Positions 13,213 through 27,558 of a stretch of 64,000 nt of DNA are shown piece by piece; positions within the stretch are counted from its first letter, which is position 1; every line of letters starts with the position of its first letter. A program made the translations under genes and the position numbers. Source of the stretch: Phoronis australis (taxonomy: Eukaryota; Animalia; Phoronida); contig NMRA01000721.1 of the NCBI GenBank assembly GCA_002633005.1, positions 84,745 to 148,744 on the forward strand. Reading direction: 5' to 3'. The notes under the pieces were generated by a model, which was given only the letters and a program-made list of their open reading frames with translations, was not told the DNA's origin and searched no databases.

Positions 13213-16200
13213 AAATATTTGCACCATTACAAATCAATGCAGTGTGAGTATCGTTGACTTTGCAAAGTATCCAAAACAGCGGACACACTGATATGTACAT
13301 GTATCAAGCCATAACGAACTCATGTGCAGTTTTTAAACTGTTCACCACATTTTTTACATCTTCAATACCAAAATAGTTAATCTGAACCGTGCAAGTTAGA
13401 CAGCCACTAAAAATTCTAAATGGAAGTTTATCTTTCATTTCTATCCTTAGTTTCAGTCTAGACAAGAGGACAAAGATAACAACAGTTTACAATAAACGCA
13501 AACGTATGACAATAAATGCAACAAAAAACCTGTTTCATCATGCACTATCCTTTGTGACAATTATGACACTCTCTTTGTACTTCAAGGTATCAGGGCTAGC
13601 TGGTTGTGGGTGAACTTAAGGAATATTGAGGGACAGGCACTGCAGTTCTACCACGCCTCTATTGGGACAAAGATTCATTATTTGCAAATGAACAACAAAG
13701 CCCTTCGTTTTAAAGCAAAGGTATATTTTGATGCTAATTTACAGGTAGGACACGCGTCTCCGAAGACGCTTCTAAATAACAAAAAGTCACCTGACTATTT
13801 GCAAATGACGGCAAATTTTAGATAATGGACCCACTATAGTAATAAACTAAAGGACACCGACTTGTGAATTTGTGACCAAAATACGAAGGCATCCAACTGT
13901 AAATTTCCGCGGGTACCGACCGCTCGCCTTTGAAGTCCACTAATGACAGGAAACGTACATTGGGTCTGTTTTCATTTAGTATTGTTAATCGATAAAACAT
14001 ACACGTATGTTGAGTTCTCAACAAAGAAAATTTCTCATCGACTCAAAACAATGAGTTCCTCACCTAGATTTCAGAAACGGGCACGCGTGCTTTATTTTTG
14101 ACGGCTCTCCCATCAGAGCACCGGAGTATCCCAAATTGCCCTTTTATGTGACGTTCGACCCTTGATATAAACACAGATGTAAGAATGGAAATTTTAAGCC
14201 GTAGACATTCCAACTTCTTTAGTGCATGCCATATATCCGCTTGCAATATTAAAGATGAACAAGTCTCACATTAGCATCCCATGAAGTATATTCTCCGGAA
14301 TCTTTGAAGTGTAGTTTTTACAAGTTTTTTGTTCAAATGCACCTTTAAGGTCAAGCAGTACTCTAAACAAATGTCCAACTTTACCTTGACGTCTTACGTT
14401 ATGCAATTACACGTACGTCTATGGCATGTTTATATTTGGTCATTGAAAAGTCATCACTACTCAATACTTCGAGTACTTTGTACTTGGAACCCTGTCGCTT
14501 GTGGTGAGATTTTTCATGGTACAGGCTGTACATTGTTGTTTGCAGAGATAACATTTAAAAATACAAGACGTTGATAACCACTGATGGATATTTCAACCAC
14601 ACCACCAACCTGTTCATGTGTATTACATAGCCACATGAGCTGGCAATCCCGACTTGGATGGATTGTTAGAGTATGCTGACAACACTACCGTGGGATTTGG
14701 CGGTAATAACATATAAAACGAAGCAATGCTAATGTGGTCACGTGTTTCGCGTATAATGTATGGCAATATTTTAAAACTGTTTCATTATCTTAATGTTTTA
14801 CTATGTCTTTGTCTTAGCAACACAGGCAGGCTGACCAGGAAGGCACTGTGGAAATGAGGTCCCAAATGAAACAACCATCCTCATACCAAGAGCATGCAAA
14901 GCGGAAAAAGCCCGAAATGCAAAGGTGCAAGTGTTTTGCGTGTATGCTTGGAGGTTAACTAGTATATCCCGGTAATATTCCCTATTTGCACCCATTGCTC
15001 AGAAATTGCACTTTGTTTTTTGGACATAATAGCGAATTTGACCGAATTGGTGGAATTAAAATCTTCCCTGAAGGTACTGTGTTCTCAGTTTCTATTCCAT
15101 TTTTTCAGATGTTTCGGCGTGCGCCGTGAGGCCAAACTAATAGCTTGCGATCTTCAGAACGACACCGGTTTGATTTCCGGGGATCGCAGGACATTCTTTC
15201 CTCTGCCGGGGAAAATCTCAGCTTATTGTACAAAAACACTGAATTCAATCTCATATTTTAACATTCCAATCTCACCAACAAAGTAGTTTGTTCAGTGATC
15301 GGAACAGTTCTACAGTAGGCCAAACTTCTGAAACATTTGCATTTGAGTAGCGTGAATGCGCGAAGAGATGTCCTGCTTTTTCGAGAGAAAATAGGTCTAC
15401 AGAAGGTATTCCAAGTATAGGTCACGGATGTGAGTCAGATTCACGCTATGAAACCTCAATCCTCCTTACCAGTTGGCGGTGCATCAAATTCCAGTCTGAA
15501 CAAGTGTTCCTAAAACGAAACGAAATTCAACGCACAGAAATAGTTACAAGTGCAGTAGCATATCTTTGAGATAAATCAATTAATCTGACCAACACAAGAC
15601 CTTGCGAAAATCTCAAAATTACTATGCATGAATTTACACCTATATGCTTTGCCAGGTGACTGACAATTTCTAAATTTAACTCGTTGATAAATTACTTTAT
15701 TACTTCCGCTTAATATTGTATTTACCGTCATAATAATCATCAAGTAGGTCCAAACTGGTTTGCATTAAAATTTATTCATTTTGAATACAATAAACTAGCA
15801 CGTTTCAACTTCAAAGAACTGAACCACCGAGAAATTAAGATTTGAAAGCCTCGATGCTGCAATACAATAGATTTTAGTAATGATTCGTTACTTTTTATTA
15901 TGTTAAAATTAAGCGATCCTGGGTTGATATCAGCATTGATTAAACACTACGAGATGCATCACGCCAAGGGTGATTAAATTGTCCAAAGAATTTAACGTCT
16001 GTAAGGCTTTTTAAATTGGATATTATTTAATAATTTTAACATACGTGTCATTAAATCACAATAAAATGAGGTCGCCAGGTGCAGTCAACAACTTGAATCC
16101 CATTAAAAACGTCCGTGTTAACAGGTTTATGTATATGAGGGTCTTCAGTAGTTAGTCAAGGATGCACTGGGCCACGTTGCAGGAAACAGGACCAAAACTT

Positions 16201-17114
16201 GATCTCGCTTTCTGTAACTTGAGTCAAATGTTTGGCGCTTTTCAGAGCGGAAAACCTTTTACACAATTACAAAAAGTTCTTTATTGAATTTGATGTTTCA
16301 TGGAACTGAACTTAGGCCCTGCGATGTTTTTTTTCGGCGTACATCCACGAAACTACGATGGAATAGTGGTAAACAGATTTCACGATCTGCTCCATCTCCA
16401 GTACCTGACTGGAAAGCTTCGATTAAATGTCTAGCATAGACTTAGATACGTGCATACTAGAACTTCCTTAAATGGAAGTTAAGATAAAGACAGAAGTCGC
16501 GAAGTTAATAAACAAATATCGAATCTCATCGATTGCTCCAATGATCAAAGGTAAGCAGTCGTAAAAGCATAGCCGCAATCCATACACCCGTACACTCGTG
16601 GACAAGCACTGACTTCAACAAATATCATGCATAAACGCCTGTCTATGAGGTGCAGGAGGTAACTTGAGTCGATTTCAATTGTCAACATGAAGTTTTATCG
16701 AAACCAGTTGAACAGTTGCAATTAAAGTATTCATTATTGTCACCATGAAATAAATCAAACAGCCCACAACAAGACAACACTTCTTGCCACCAGTTACCTT
16801 GTATATTTTTCATTAAACCGTATTTCCAAATCACGAAAAATAGTCAACCAAAAAAATGCATAGTTGTTTTCTTAACTTCAAATCAGTCCTTTTGTTGGTG
16901 CTATTTGATTGTGCTTGTCTCTAGGCAGTTCCTCTACGGCTTAGTTAAAAAATGTAAGGGCATTGAGCTCAGGCATTTTGACAAAGGATCTAACAATTCC
17001 AAAAAAAACTAGATTAAATTACATCGGGGATTGATGCAATTTATTGCCACAATACTGGGCATGAGCATTTCGGTTTGCAGGAGACATGACGTCACGAATG
17101 CAGCAACCCTATTA

Positions 17115-17700
17115 CCTACTTGAGAACCTCGCTAAAATCTATCCACACTGACGTGTTCTCAATTTTAAATACACGGCAATATCTCACGCAATCGTCCGAA
17201 GTGTTGCTCTTTTAGCGAGCTTCTAGCGTTACTGAACTCTACCCATCATAAGAAGATCATTAATTTAATGTCTTCTGCATCATGCATAATATCATAAATG
17301 CCCTTGTATATCCCCAACATATGTCTCTTAGGAACACCTTCTGATTATCATGAATCAGATATTCAGAACAGACTTCATCCTTTCAGCATTAGAAGCTGGC
17401 AAAAGCTTTTTTACTAATATTTAATAAGATATTTCTCCAATATTTTAAGAATGTCCTTGATTTATTGCCTTTAGGTAACACCACGTATCGGTGATAGTTG
17501 AGGGAATGTTTTTCATTTTTATTATGAACTAGTTAAGTAATCATCACAGGTGTATAGTTTGCTTTTTAAAGTCCACAAAAGTATTTTTAGGCCTTTCGCC
17601 ATCTTCAATCCATACCGCCTTTTATATAAGCATCAATCATTGTGTGTATTCTTTTCGAATTTCTTCTAGTTCTTGTAAACGCTTACACGACCTGGGTTTT
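17115..17700 (-). mobile_element. Degenerate L1/Tx1-clade non-LTR retrotransposon ORF2 fragment (linker between endonuclease and RT)
   Basis: Minus strand reads KRLQELEEIRKEYTQ*LMLI*KAVWIEDGERP-/-KYFCGL*K, resembling the L1/Tx1 ORF2 motif G..IRSKA.W.E.GEKPTKYF..LEK; contains stops and frameshifts. Confidence 0.6.
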
Positions 17701-18601
17701 TAAACGCACATACAGCAAATACTGTCTATAGGCATTTTATTGCTTTCGGTCTCACCAGCAGCAGCACCTAAAGCTTGGTGGAATGAACCCACAGTTGCAC
17801 CTGACCTCTTTGTCTCCTGTGTTTCTGAGGCTGACAGTGAACAAGTTGCTCAACCACAATAGTCCATGGACCAGTTTGAGAAAAACAGCAATGTACATAG
17901 AATTGTACAACACTCCCCTGTGGAAAGCCTAGTGGGAATAGAGCCTGACAGACGAACCGATTTGTACTGTAGGAGGTTGAGTCATTGTTTTTTTGTAGAA
18001 ACATAATGTCCCAAAAATGGATGATAACTCGGTTAACTCGCCGTTTCGCGAATTTTGATGACCTCTATTAGGGGCGCCAAGATAGGTGTGAAGTCAGAAC
18101 GACAAAGGGGTTTTGGTTTATTTTCACCATTCAAAAATACGCGAGGAGGGCGTGACCACCGATTGAGTGATATCATCTGGAAGGTTTATTGCCTCAAAAA
18201 CTTTGTTGAAGTTAGCACATACGCAGAGGGGAAATACCTGAGAAGTTACGAATATTTTTCAAAAAGATTGACATTTTTCAAATCAAAACGGAATAAATGA
18301 GAACCAACTGTCCAGATATTAGCAAGAGGGGGACAACAATGGAACAAGAAAATCGGAGAACAGGTAGAAATTGTATGTAATATGCCAGAGCTCGACTCAT
18401 TGATTCACGGGTAGAATTCACACCGCGTTTCCCAGTGTTTATTTTCACGGACATAAGCTTTCCTTGACAACACGGCGCCACTACAACCTTAAAGTAAGTG
18501 TCTCTGCAGCTTAGTCTATTTTAGTGGTATTACACAGTACAAACAAATCGTAAAGCAACAGTATTTAATTAGAAAAAATGTGCCGTTTGTGTGTACGTCA
18601 T

Positions 18602-18682
18602 TGTGTGTGAGTGTGTGTGTGTGTGTGTGTGGTTGTGTGTGTGTCTGTGTCTGTGTGTGTGTGTCTGTGTGTGCATGTGTGT
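18602..18682. repeat. (GT)n microsatellite, imperfect
   Basis: Directly visible. Confidence 0.95.
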
Positions 18683-21392
18683 TTTATTTCATTTTGAAAT
18701 TAGAAATGCCAATCTTTGTGGTAGATTGTCATTTTAAAGAAACACCGCCGGGATTTTCAATTACCAGAAAAGCTTTAAAAACGATGGAGATGCCTACACC
18801 CATATTTGCAGCTACCGCTTCATTTTTTGATAACATATTCCGCAAATTTGCGTCCATGCGGTATTAGGTGCTGTATTCGAAATTGTGAAAAATTCACAAA
18901 AAAGACTCCAATTAGTAAAACAGCAAGATTATCACACAAATACCGTCAACAATTTCTTAGAATTATACACTAATCATCCGAAAATCTTCTTGAATTCTAC
19001 CTTTAAGAATTTCTTCATGCTTTCGACAGTTGATTCGTCGACATTGCCTTTACGTCCACATACGTCGTAAGCGGTTTCTCCATTCTGTAACAAAAACATT
19101 GAATGAAAGACGAAGATCACATCAAATGACCACACATGTGTATTGATCTTACGTAGACATGAACATACTACTGTCTGCTTTTTGTGAAATTATTGGTAGC
19201 AGTTAAATGGAGGGACTCGACTTTATATATTTCGTCAATGGCTCGTGGTGATGCTGGGTTACACGAAGGTTTGCTATGGAACATAATGTATCGTATGATT
19301 GGTGTAATGTTTTAATCAAGGCAAGGTTAGTACGGGAATGACAGTAAAATTATGATGAACCCTAGTGGTGGTTTAGAACGCACATGACTGTACACTGGTG
19401 ATGCTGGGTTACACGAAGGTTTGCTATGGAACATAATGTATCGTATGATTGGTGTAATGTTTTAATCAAGGCACTGTTAGTACGAGAATGACAGTAAAAT
19501 GATGATGAACCCTAGTGGTGGGTTACACGAAGGAGTGGTGTAGAACGTACAATGTACATGTACACTGGTGATGCTGGGTTACAAGGAGTGCTGTAGAACA
19601 TAGAGTGTACAGTGTACACGCGATGAGGCTGGGTTACACGAAAGAGTGGTGTAGAACATACAGTGTACAGTGTACACGCGATGAGGCTGGGTTACACGAA
19701 GGAATGGTGTAGAACATACAGTGCACACTGGTGATGCTGGGTTACAAGGAGTGCTGTAGAACATACAGTGTACAGTGTACACTCGATGAGGCTGGGTTAC
19801 ACGAAGGAGTGGTGTAGAACATACATGTACAGTGTACTCTGGTGATACTGCGTTACACGAGGGAGTGGTGTAGAAACATACAGCACAGTGTACATGTGGA
19901 GATGCTGGGTTACACGAAGGTTTGCTGCCGAACATAATGTACCGTATGATTGATGTAATGTATTTAACAAAGCACGGCAAGAACGAGACTGAACCCATGA
20001 GATTGTGACANTGGTTGTGTGTGTGTCTGTGTCTGTGTGTGTGTGTCTGTGTGTGCATGTGTGTTTTATTTCATTTTGAAATTAGAAATGCCAATCTTTG
20101 TGGTAGATTGTCATTTTAAAGAAACACCGCCGGGATTTTCAATTACCAGAAAAGCTTTAAAAACGATGGAGATGCCTACACCCATATTTGCAGCTACCGC
20201 TTCATTTTTTGATAACATATTCCGCAAATTTGCGTCCATGCGGTATTAGGTGCTGTATTCGAAATTGTGAAAAATTCACAAAAAAGACTCCAATTAGTAA
20301 AACAGCAAGATTATCACACAAATACCGTCAACAATTTCTTAGAATTATACACTAATCATCCGAAAATCTTCTTGAATTCTACCTTTAAGAATTTCTTCAT
20401 GCTTTCGACAGTTGATTCGTCGACATTGCCTTTACGTCCACATACGTCGTAAGCGGTTTCTCCATTCTGTAACAAAAACATTGAATGAAAGACGAAGATC
20501 ACATCAAATGACCACACATGTGTATTGATCTTACGTAGACATGAACATACTACTGTCTGCTTTTTGTGAAATTATTGGTAGCAGTTAAATGGAGGGACTC
20601 GACTTTATATATTTCGTCAATGGCTCGTGGTGATGCTGGGTTACACGAAGGTTTGCTATGGAACATAATGTATCGTATGATTGGTGTAATGTTTTAATCA
20701 AGGCAAGGTTAGTACGGGAATGACAGTAAAATTATGATGAACCCTAGTGGTGGTTTAGAACGCACATGACTGTACACTGGTGATGCTGGGTTACACGAAG
20801 GTTTGCTATGGAACATAATGTATCGTATGATTGGTGTAATGTTTTAATCAAGGCACTGTTAGTACGAGAATGACAGTAAAATGATGATGAACCCTAGTGG
20901 TGGGTTACACGAAGGAGTGGTGTAGAACGTACAATGTACATGTACACTGGTGATGCTGGGTTACAAGGAGTGCTGTAGAACATAGAGTGTACAGTGTACA
21001 CGCGATGAGGCTGGGTTACACGAAAGAGTGGTGTAGAACATACAGTGTACAGTGTACACGCGATGAGGCTGGGTTACACGAAGGAATGGTGTAGAACATA
21101 CAGTGCACACTGGTGATGCTGGGTTACAAGGAGTGCTGTAGAACATACAGTGTACAGTGTACACTCGATGAGGCTGGGTTACACGAAGGAGTGGTGTAGA
21201 ACATACATGTACAGTGTACTCTGGTGATACTGCGTTACACGAGGGAGTGGTGTAGAAACATACAGCACAGTGTACATGTGGAGATGCTGGGTTACACGAA
21301 GGTTTGCTGCCGAACATAATGTACCGTATGATTGATGTAATGTATTTAACAAAGCACGGCAAGAACGAGACTGAACCCATGAGATTGTGACA
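18630..21392. repeat. Apparently exact 1381-bp tandem duplication (18630-20010 = 20012-21392) joined by a single n; probable assembly artefact
   Basis: Identical ORF translations at offset 1382; the junction is the n at 20011. Confidence 0.9.
19245..19935. repeat. About 50-58 bp minisatellite (GGTGATGCTGGGTTACACGAAGGAGTGGTGTAGAACATACAGTGTACACT); also at 20627-21317 and 33940-34245
   Basis: Directly visible repeated units. Confidence 0.92.
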
Positions 21393-22852
21393 TGCTGGAC
21401 ATAAGAGATTTAGTGAAGAAGTTTTGCTATTGGAAAGTCGATATTTTCAATGGTATGAAACAGTTCTACAGAACAATAACATTTGGCGAACCTATACCAC
21501 CTCAAAACTCAAAGTAGGTTTCACGTTAGTTACTCCATCCGATCATGATAATACGCTCACAAACACCTTTTCAAGCAACGTGTTAAGTCATTTATGGGAT
21601 GTTGATATTTTTGGTGTTCCACGGTAATTTAATGTCGTAATCTGAGACTAGACTATTTTTGCTGAGTTACAAAACAATATGTGATATCACTGGTCCGCGT
21701 TATGATCACGTGATTGTGTAATGTTTGGATTGTTTTCTTTCACAGAGGTAATTTCTAATAACAGAACCACCAACAGTCTAAAAGTCCATTTTTGTTCCAA
21801 CATGATATGTAGGCTTGCTTGATGTTACACGAAACAAAGGCACAGAAAGCTTACTTGTTATGAAATAATCTGAAGAAGTACATTGTAATGGATTAAAAAT
21901 GGAATTGCCAATAAAAGAAAAAATCATGAGGACCGCAGTATGAACGGGAGTGTCGAAACTAAAAATAATAATATTGTGAATTCTAAAGTAGTGCAAGTGT
22001 ACTCATTCCTTTCCACTCGAGTTGACGATCACATAAATTGTGCACTCGAAAGTAGTACAAGTGTACTCATTGCCTTCAACTTGAGTTGGTCTTCCCAGAA
22101 GCTGCGATTTCACGCCAATAATGCCCACCTACTTGAACTTCGTTTTTAGCCAGATAAACAGGATGAAAGAGTTGAGTGGATCTGTACTTAGAGATTAGAC
22201 CCCGCTGGCCAGAGTGCAAGACATTACGTAAGAATTTTTTAAATTTTATTTTAAAGAAATGATAAAAGAACTTCAAAAATCTAGATGATCAACTTCAAAA
22301 TTCACTGCTTCCATTGATTTAAAGTACTAAGCGATCCAGAGGTTTCATCCCATTACCTTTCTTGCATACTTCACGTTTTATTCAAATTCTCATAGTATTA
22401 TTTGTGTTCTAATTGAAATAAAAACTGGATGCCAAAAACTGCCAAGCAGTATTTTGTAAGACTGTTGCCATTTTTGGACCTAACACGTTTGAGACAAAAT
22501 GTGGGAAAGACCAAAATGCCGTCAGCGTTTTGACTGCAACATAACTCGACGCACCATTTGTCAGTGCCGAAGTCCCCTACGCATGAAGTACGAGAGACTT
22601 GATTTGTTAGATAGTACACAGCAGTGACTATAATTACGAGGTGGAAAAGATTGCAGTGCCATTACAGCCTAAGTAGTATAGTAAGAGGTTTTGGGCGCCC
22701 GTTTTGAGGCTCCTCGGTCAAAGGTCATCTATGTGAAAGGAGGTCACGTGGGATAACTGCGATCGGAAGGCACACCTACCGGACGGATGTGTCAATGACG
22801 TCATGACGTAATAGGTTTAATTGGTTAGAGAGGCACCTCGAAACCCGAACAT

Positions 22853-23003
22853 GTATTACATAGCCACATCACCACATGACCATGTATTACATAGCCACAT
22901 CACCACATCACCATGTATTACATAGCCAAATCACCACATGACCATGTATTACATAGCCGCGTCACCACATGACCATGTGTTACTTAGCCACATCACCACA
23001 TGG
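22853..23003. repeat. Short array of the 31-bp minisatellite
   Basis: Same unit as 11205-12441. Confidence 0.92.
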
Positions 23004-25032
23004 GCTGGCAATCCAGTCTTGGGTGGATTGTTAGATAATAATGTCACGTCTATCGTGGGATTTTGGCGGTAAAATCCAATACGGGTCAAAACTAAAGTGG
23101 CCGTGTGCTTCCCATATAATGCATAGTTATGTATTAAGAACTGCTTCGTCATCTCACTATTTGACAATGTCCTTGCCTGTCCAGCGCAAGCCGGCCGACC
23201 AAGAGGGCGTACCAAAGGTGAGGTGCCAAGTAAAACATGCAAGTTTTACCAAAAACTCCCTACTTGCACGGTAAACAAAGGTAAAATTCCATATTTGCAC
23301 ACTTTGGTGGCACTACAAAAATAATTGTTATTTAGGAAGAAACGTGACTTTTTAACAACGCAAACGTAGAAGCGTTGGCTTCCAAATATAATGGACCATT
23401 AGTAGATTTGACACTGCACCTCGTGCACGGTGGGAAATCCGTGCAGGTATTAAATAGCTGGGCCTCCGTAGAATAGCTGAAAGCGTTCTTCTTGCCGACT
23501 GTTCCTGAAACGAAACAAAATTCAACGCACACATATTATTCAAGTATCAAATTATCTTATTTAAGCTATACTGCTTCATCCTCATTATCGTATTGTTTGG
23601 ATTCTCGGGTTAGTGACCCTATTTGTTCTACTATTATTAATTTAATAGTACCACGTGATCTATCTGTCTTGTCGCACTACTGGTTCATGGTCCATAACTC
23701 TCTCCAATTTTCGAGTTTTCAGTCAATTTCTCTTCCCCTCCCACCCTCAACTCAATTTTCCTTACTTCCTATTTACATTGTAGATGTCCTAGTGTTGCTT
23801 CTGCATATTGTTACTTATCTTCCTAGTTCAACAATTGTGTATACTTGCATTGCTGCATTGTACATCCCATAGTGCTCCTTGTCTGGCAGATTGTCGCAGA
23901 TTGTCACCCACCTCTACAGCTCAACTTATTATATGACACGTTTTAATCGACATCTGTATTAGTTTAATTTGTCATGATCTATGTGACCTTTTCACACGTG
24001 TTGTTTCAACGTAAACTAGACTCAGTGTCGCTTCACAGTTAGCGCAAATAAAAATAGTTACACTGAATGTACTTGTACAGTGACAACATTTTGAAGTAAA
24101 TCTAGAATGCATTAACCTGACCAACACAAGACCTGGTGATGATCTCAAAAATACTATGGATGGATGTATTTAGCGGTATAATAACAACAGGTAGGCCAAG
24201 ATTGCTTCAAACTCATTTATTTTAAGTACATCAAAGTAGTATTTTTCAAATTTCAAAGAATTGTACCACAGAGAACTTAGAACTTGAAGGCCTCTAAGCT
24301 GCAACGTAATAGATTTCAGTAATGTTATATTTTAATAATATGTAAACATAAAGAGATCGCTAGGTTGATATCAGTATAGATTAAACAGTCCAAGATACAT
24401 GTCTATCGCTCCACGGATGTGTAAATTATACTACGAATTGGAAGTCAGTCAGGGTTTTAAGGTTTTAGTTGTATTTTACAATAAAAAATTTGATACAGTT
24501 TCCTGCCAAAAACTTGAATCAGGGTAAAAACGTCATTGCTAAGGCGTCTACGTACATGTGTGACGTTGGTACCAAGCCCGACGTACACTGAGACTAATTT
24601 CATCTGAAAACGGCCAATTTGATTGGGACAACGCGTGTTCGGCAACTTGGGCCAAATGCTTGACTTTTTTTTTCAGAGTTGAAAACACATTTCAAACCAA
24701 TGCATTAAGTACTTGAATGACTTTGGTCTTTTATACAAAAAGCCCTAAGCTGTAGGATATTTTTCTTCGTCCATCCGGGAAACTACGATGTAATAGGGGC
24801 CTGTAAAACTTTATGATCCGTTTCATCTCCACTAGTTCACTGAAAAGCTTCGATTACATGACTGTGTATATCACTAGAATAGAACACGATCTGAACATTC
24901 TAGACGACTCCTTAGATGGAAGTCAAGATGAAGACAGAAGTGGGAATTTAACAATTCTCAAATCTAAGCGATTACTCCAATGATCACAAACAAGAAGTAG
25001 TTAAAACATAGCTGCAATCCGTATACGAGAGA

Positions 25033-25200
25033 TGTAAAATTTTACACGCTAGCGTGTTAAACATGTAAAATGTGACACGCTAGCGTGTCAAACGTGTAAA
25101 ATTTTACACGCTAGCATATCAAACTTGTAAATTGTGACACGCCAGGGTCGTGTCAAACGTGTAGAATTTTGACACGCTAGCGTGTCGAACGTGTAAAATA
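25033..25200. repeat. About 31-bp tandem repeat with palindromic core (ACACGCTAGCGTGT)
   Basis: About 5 copies of tgtaaaattttacacgctagcgtgtcaaac. Confidence 0.85.
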
Positions 25201-25817
25201 TGATAGAACTCTTCAATAAAGATACAATTTAAATAGGCTTGGTAGTTCTGAAAAGGCCACTGGGGGGTAATCATCCAATTTGAATGACTAAATATGTTCC
25301 CTTAATAACATCAAAGAATTTGTAACAAAATAACTGGCTTTTCAAATATCCAGATACTGCGTTAGAGTTGGTTTAGCTGTCAGAGAGTGCAGTTGTTATA
25401 AGAGAGCACCTATGAAGTATGGTTTTCGAGTTTGGTGCAACTCTAACAGAAGTTTATTATGTGTGTACTCTGGTTGACAGTGGCTTGATAAACTTTTCTT
25501 GCAAATGGTATTTCTTGTACCAGGTAAGTTTGATTGTAACAGAAAACAAGAGTCAGTAGAAACTATTGTAATACACATGTACATGTATATGAAGTTGGAA
25601 CGCCTCTCATCTTAAGTAGAATAGCAATTCATAACTGTTGTTATAGGATCAACTCACATTTTTTGCCAGCTTGAATGAGGATAAGACATTGTGTGTAGAG
25701 ATTTCGGCAGAAAAATCAACATGAAATCGATGTTATGACAAATGTTGAATCACTCTTTGTAATTCAAAAATGTTACAAAGTGCGTATGTTCTTTACTTCA
25801 AAAACTGTCTTCAANTA

Positions 25818-27118
25818 ATGTCATTAAAACTAATTTCATCATCGAGTAGGAACCAGGTTTCTACAGTAAACTAACTTCTAACTTCTGTATTTACCGGTGT
25901 TGGAAAAGTTAGCGATCGTTCTTCGGCTGCTGCTAAAATTGTGATGTGTTCTCTTGAGTCGACATTTTGCGATTACGTCACCTGACCTTTACCAGTTTCT
26001 TTTCCACCGATTCTTTTATCAAGTGTTCGTCGCTGACGCTACCTAGGTTGCGTACATGTCATATAAATTATCGGAACTTGTTTCATTTTGTTACAAGTGT
26101 TTAGTATTTTTATTCACGCAAACCGAATTTTAGAACAACCTTAGTGCTGAGAAGCTGCCACCATGTCCCGAAAGACGTCTCGGATAGCGCGTGCGCCGTG
26201 TCACGAGCGTGCTGTTTTTGAAACGGAGGACACACTTCATTGTTAAAAAGGCGGCAAATTATGCTACCAAAGGAAGTTTATTTGATTATTTTCCACTTAA
26301 ACGGCTGCAACGGACAATGGAAGTGTCGGGTGACTACCAGATTTTCCATGCGCTTCCGCCGGTCCGTTAGCTTTTTATGTTGATGTAGCCTAAGTTTTAC
26401 GACGAGATGACGAGCATAAGTCTACTTAGCCAGCCAGCTAGCTGTATGAAGACTGTCGTCAAAATAAAGCTAGGTCCCACTTTGTGTATTTCTTCCGTAG
26501 ACCCCGAAATTGCACACAGCCTGGGTAGTTCTGCTCGTCACCGCGCCGTGAAACTTGTATCAACATGTACAGTGTAAAGCTAAAAACCGGACGGTGTGCA
26601 TGCAAAATCTGGGAGTCAACCGACACTCACCTTTGCCGTTACAGCCGTTTAAGTGAAAAACAATGCAATAAACGTCATTTTCTTGTGTAACTCTCCGCCT
26701 TTTCTAACAATGAAAAGTATTTCGTCGTTTTGAAAACAGTACGCTCGTGTCACGCGCACGCACCATTTCCTAAATTTTTGCGACATCTCTCGGGTGATGA
26801 TGATAGCTTGGCAGCAGCAAAATTTATTCTGAAATTCGATTTTTCGGTATCAAAATTCTAAAAACTTATAATGAAGTGAAACCAGTTCTGATAATTTGTT
26901 TTGACGTGTATGCAAGCTCGTGAAAGAACAACAGTTAATTGAAGAATTTTCGAAAAAAGAAACTGGTCAATAGGTGACGCAATATTTCACGGCGCCGAAA
27001 GCCGTCGCTAAACATCGCTCCACAAATTTAGCAGCAGAATAACGGTAGAACGCCATTTTTGCCAACACCATTAAATAATTTAGTTTACTCAAGGAAGACT
27101 GTAGTTTTTAATGACACC
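25818..27118. mobile_element. Foldback/MITE-like element with about 550-bp imperfect inverted arms
   Basis: ccacttaaacggctgcaacgg (26293) pairs with ccgttacagccgtttaagtg (26636); gtgtcacgagcgtgctgttttt pairs with aaaacagtacgctcgtgtcac; a second partial copy lies at 58490-59210. Confidence 0.75.
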
Positions 27119-27558
27119 AATTTTGTGTCAGATTTTATCTTGCCACTTTTTACCCACATCGGTGCAAAGCTGTATATTTATATACAGCTTTGTACCAAGG
27201 CTAAAGTCTACTATACCCGGGTAGTCAATGGCTGTCTGAAATTTCGGGGTTAACGGAGCTCAATACACAGTGGTACGATAGTCTTAAACTGTAAATTGCA
27301 AGGTCTAAGTATGTTAAATTGTAATAATATTTTCAACATATTGTTAGTTGGATATATCTTCTTCCAATTATCATGTTATTGTGTCTGTAGTTACGTTAAA
27401 AAGCGAAAATTAAAAAAAATCCGCGAAAAGTTGACCTTTGACACCGTGACATGGTGTTGGGGAACACAAACTAGATCAATATCCCACAATGCAGTTTACC
27501 GCCCATACAAAACAGTGGAAGACGAACAAGGAGCGTTCAATCTTGGCATGATTTAGAC

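Larger units (their letters stand above)
12445..16080. repeat. Segmental duplicate of about 29945-32720 (and partly of 1340-2500 and 24040-24450)
   Basis: Colinear shared blocks, e.g. ttcttactaagtagctttt, gaatgagaaggtgacgatggcac, aagttagacagccactaaaattctaaatggaag, agagcaccggagt, atatccgcttgcaatatt. Confidence 0.9.
18160..22670. repeat. Segmental duplicate of about 32750-36345
   Basis: Colinear shared blocks: gaagttagcac-tacgcagaggg, cgtcgtaagcggtttctcca, ttatgggatgttgatatttttggtgttccacgg, ggccagagtgcaagaca, attacgaggtggaaaagatt. Confidence 0.88.

Noticed and set aside
19579-21380. Cys/His-rich ORFs of 139-159 aa
   Set aside because: Translations of the 50-58 bp minisatellite and the GT microsatellite; no splice or domain support.
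18630-21392. Very recent biological 1.4-kb duplication
   Set aside because: The copies look identical and are joined by a single n next to a (GT)n tract, the signature of unmerged contig overlap.
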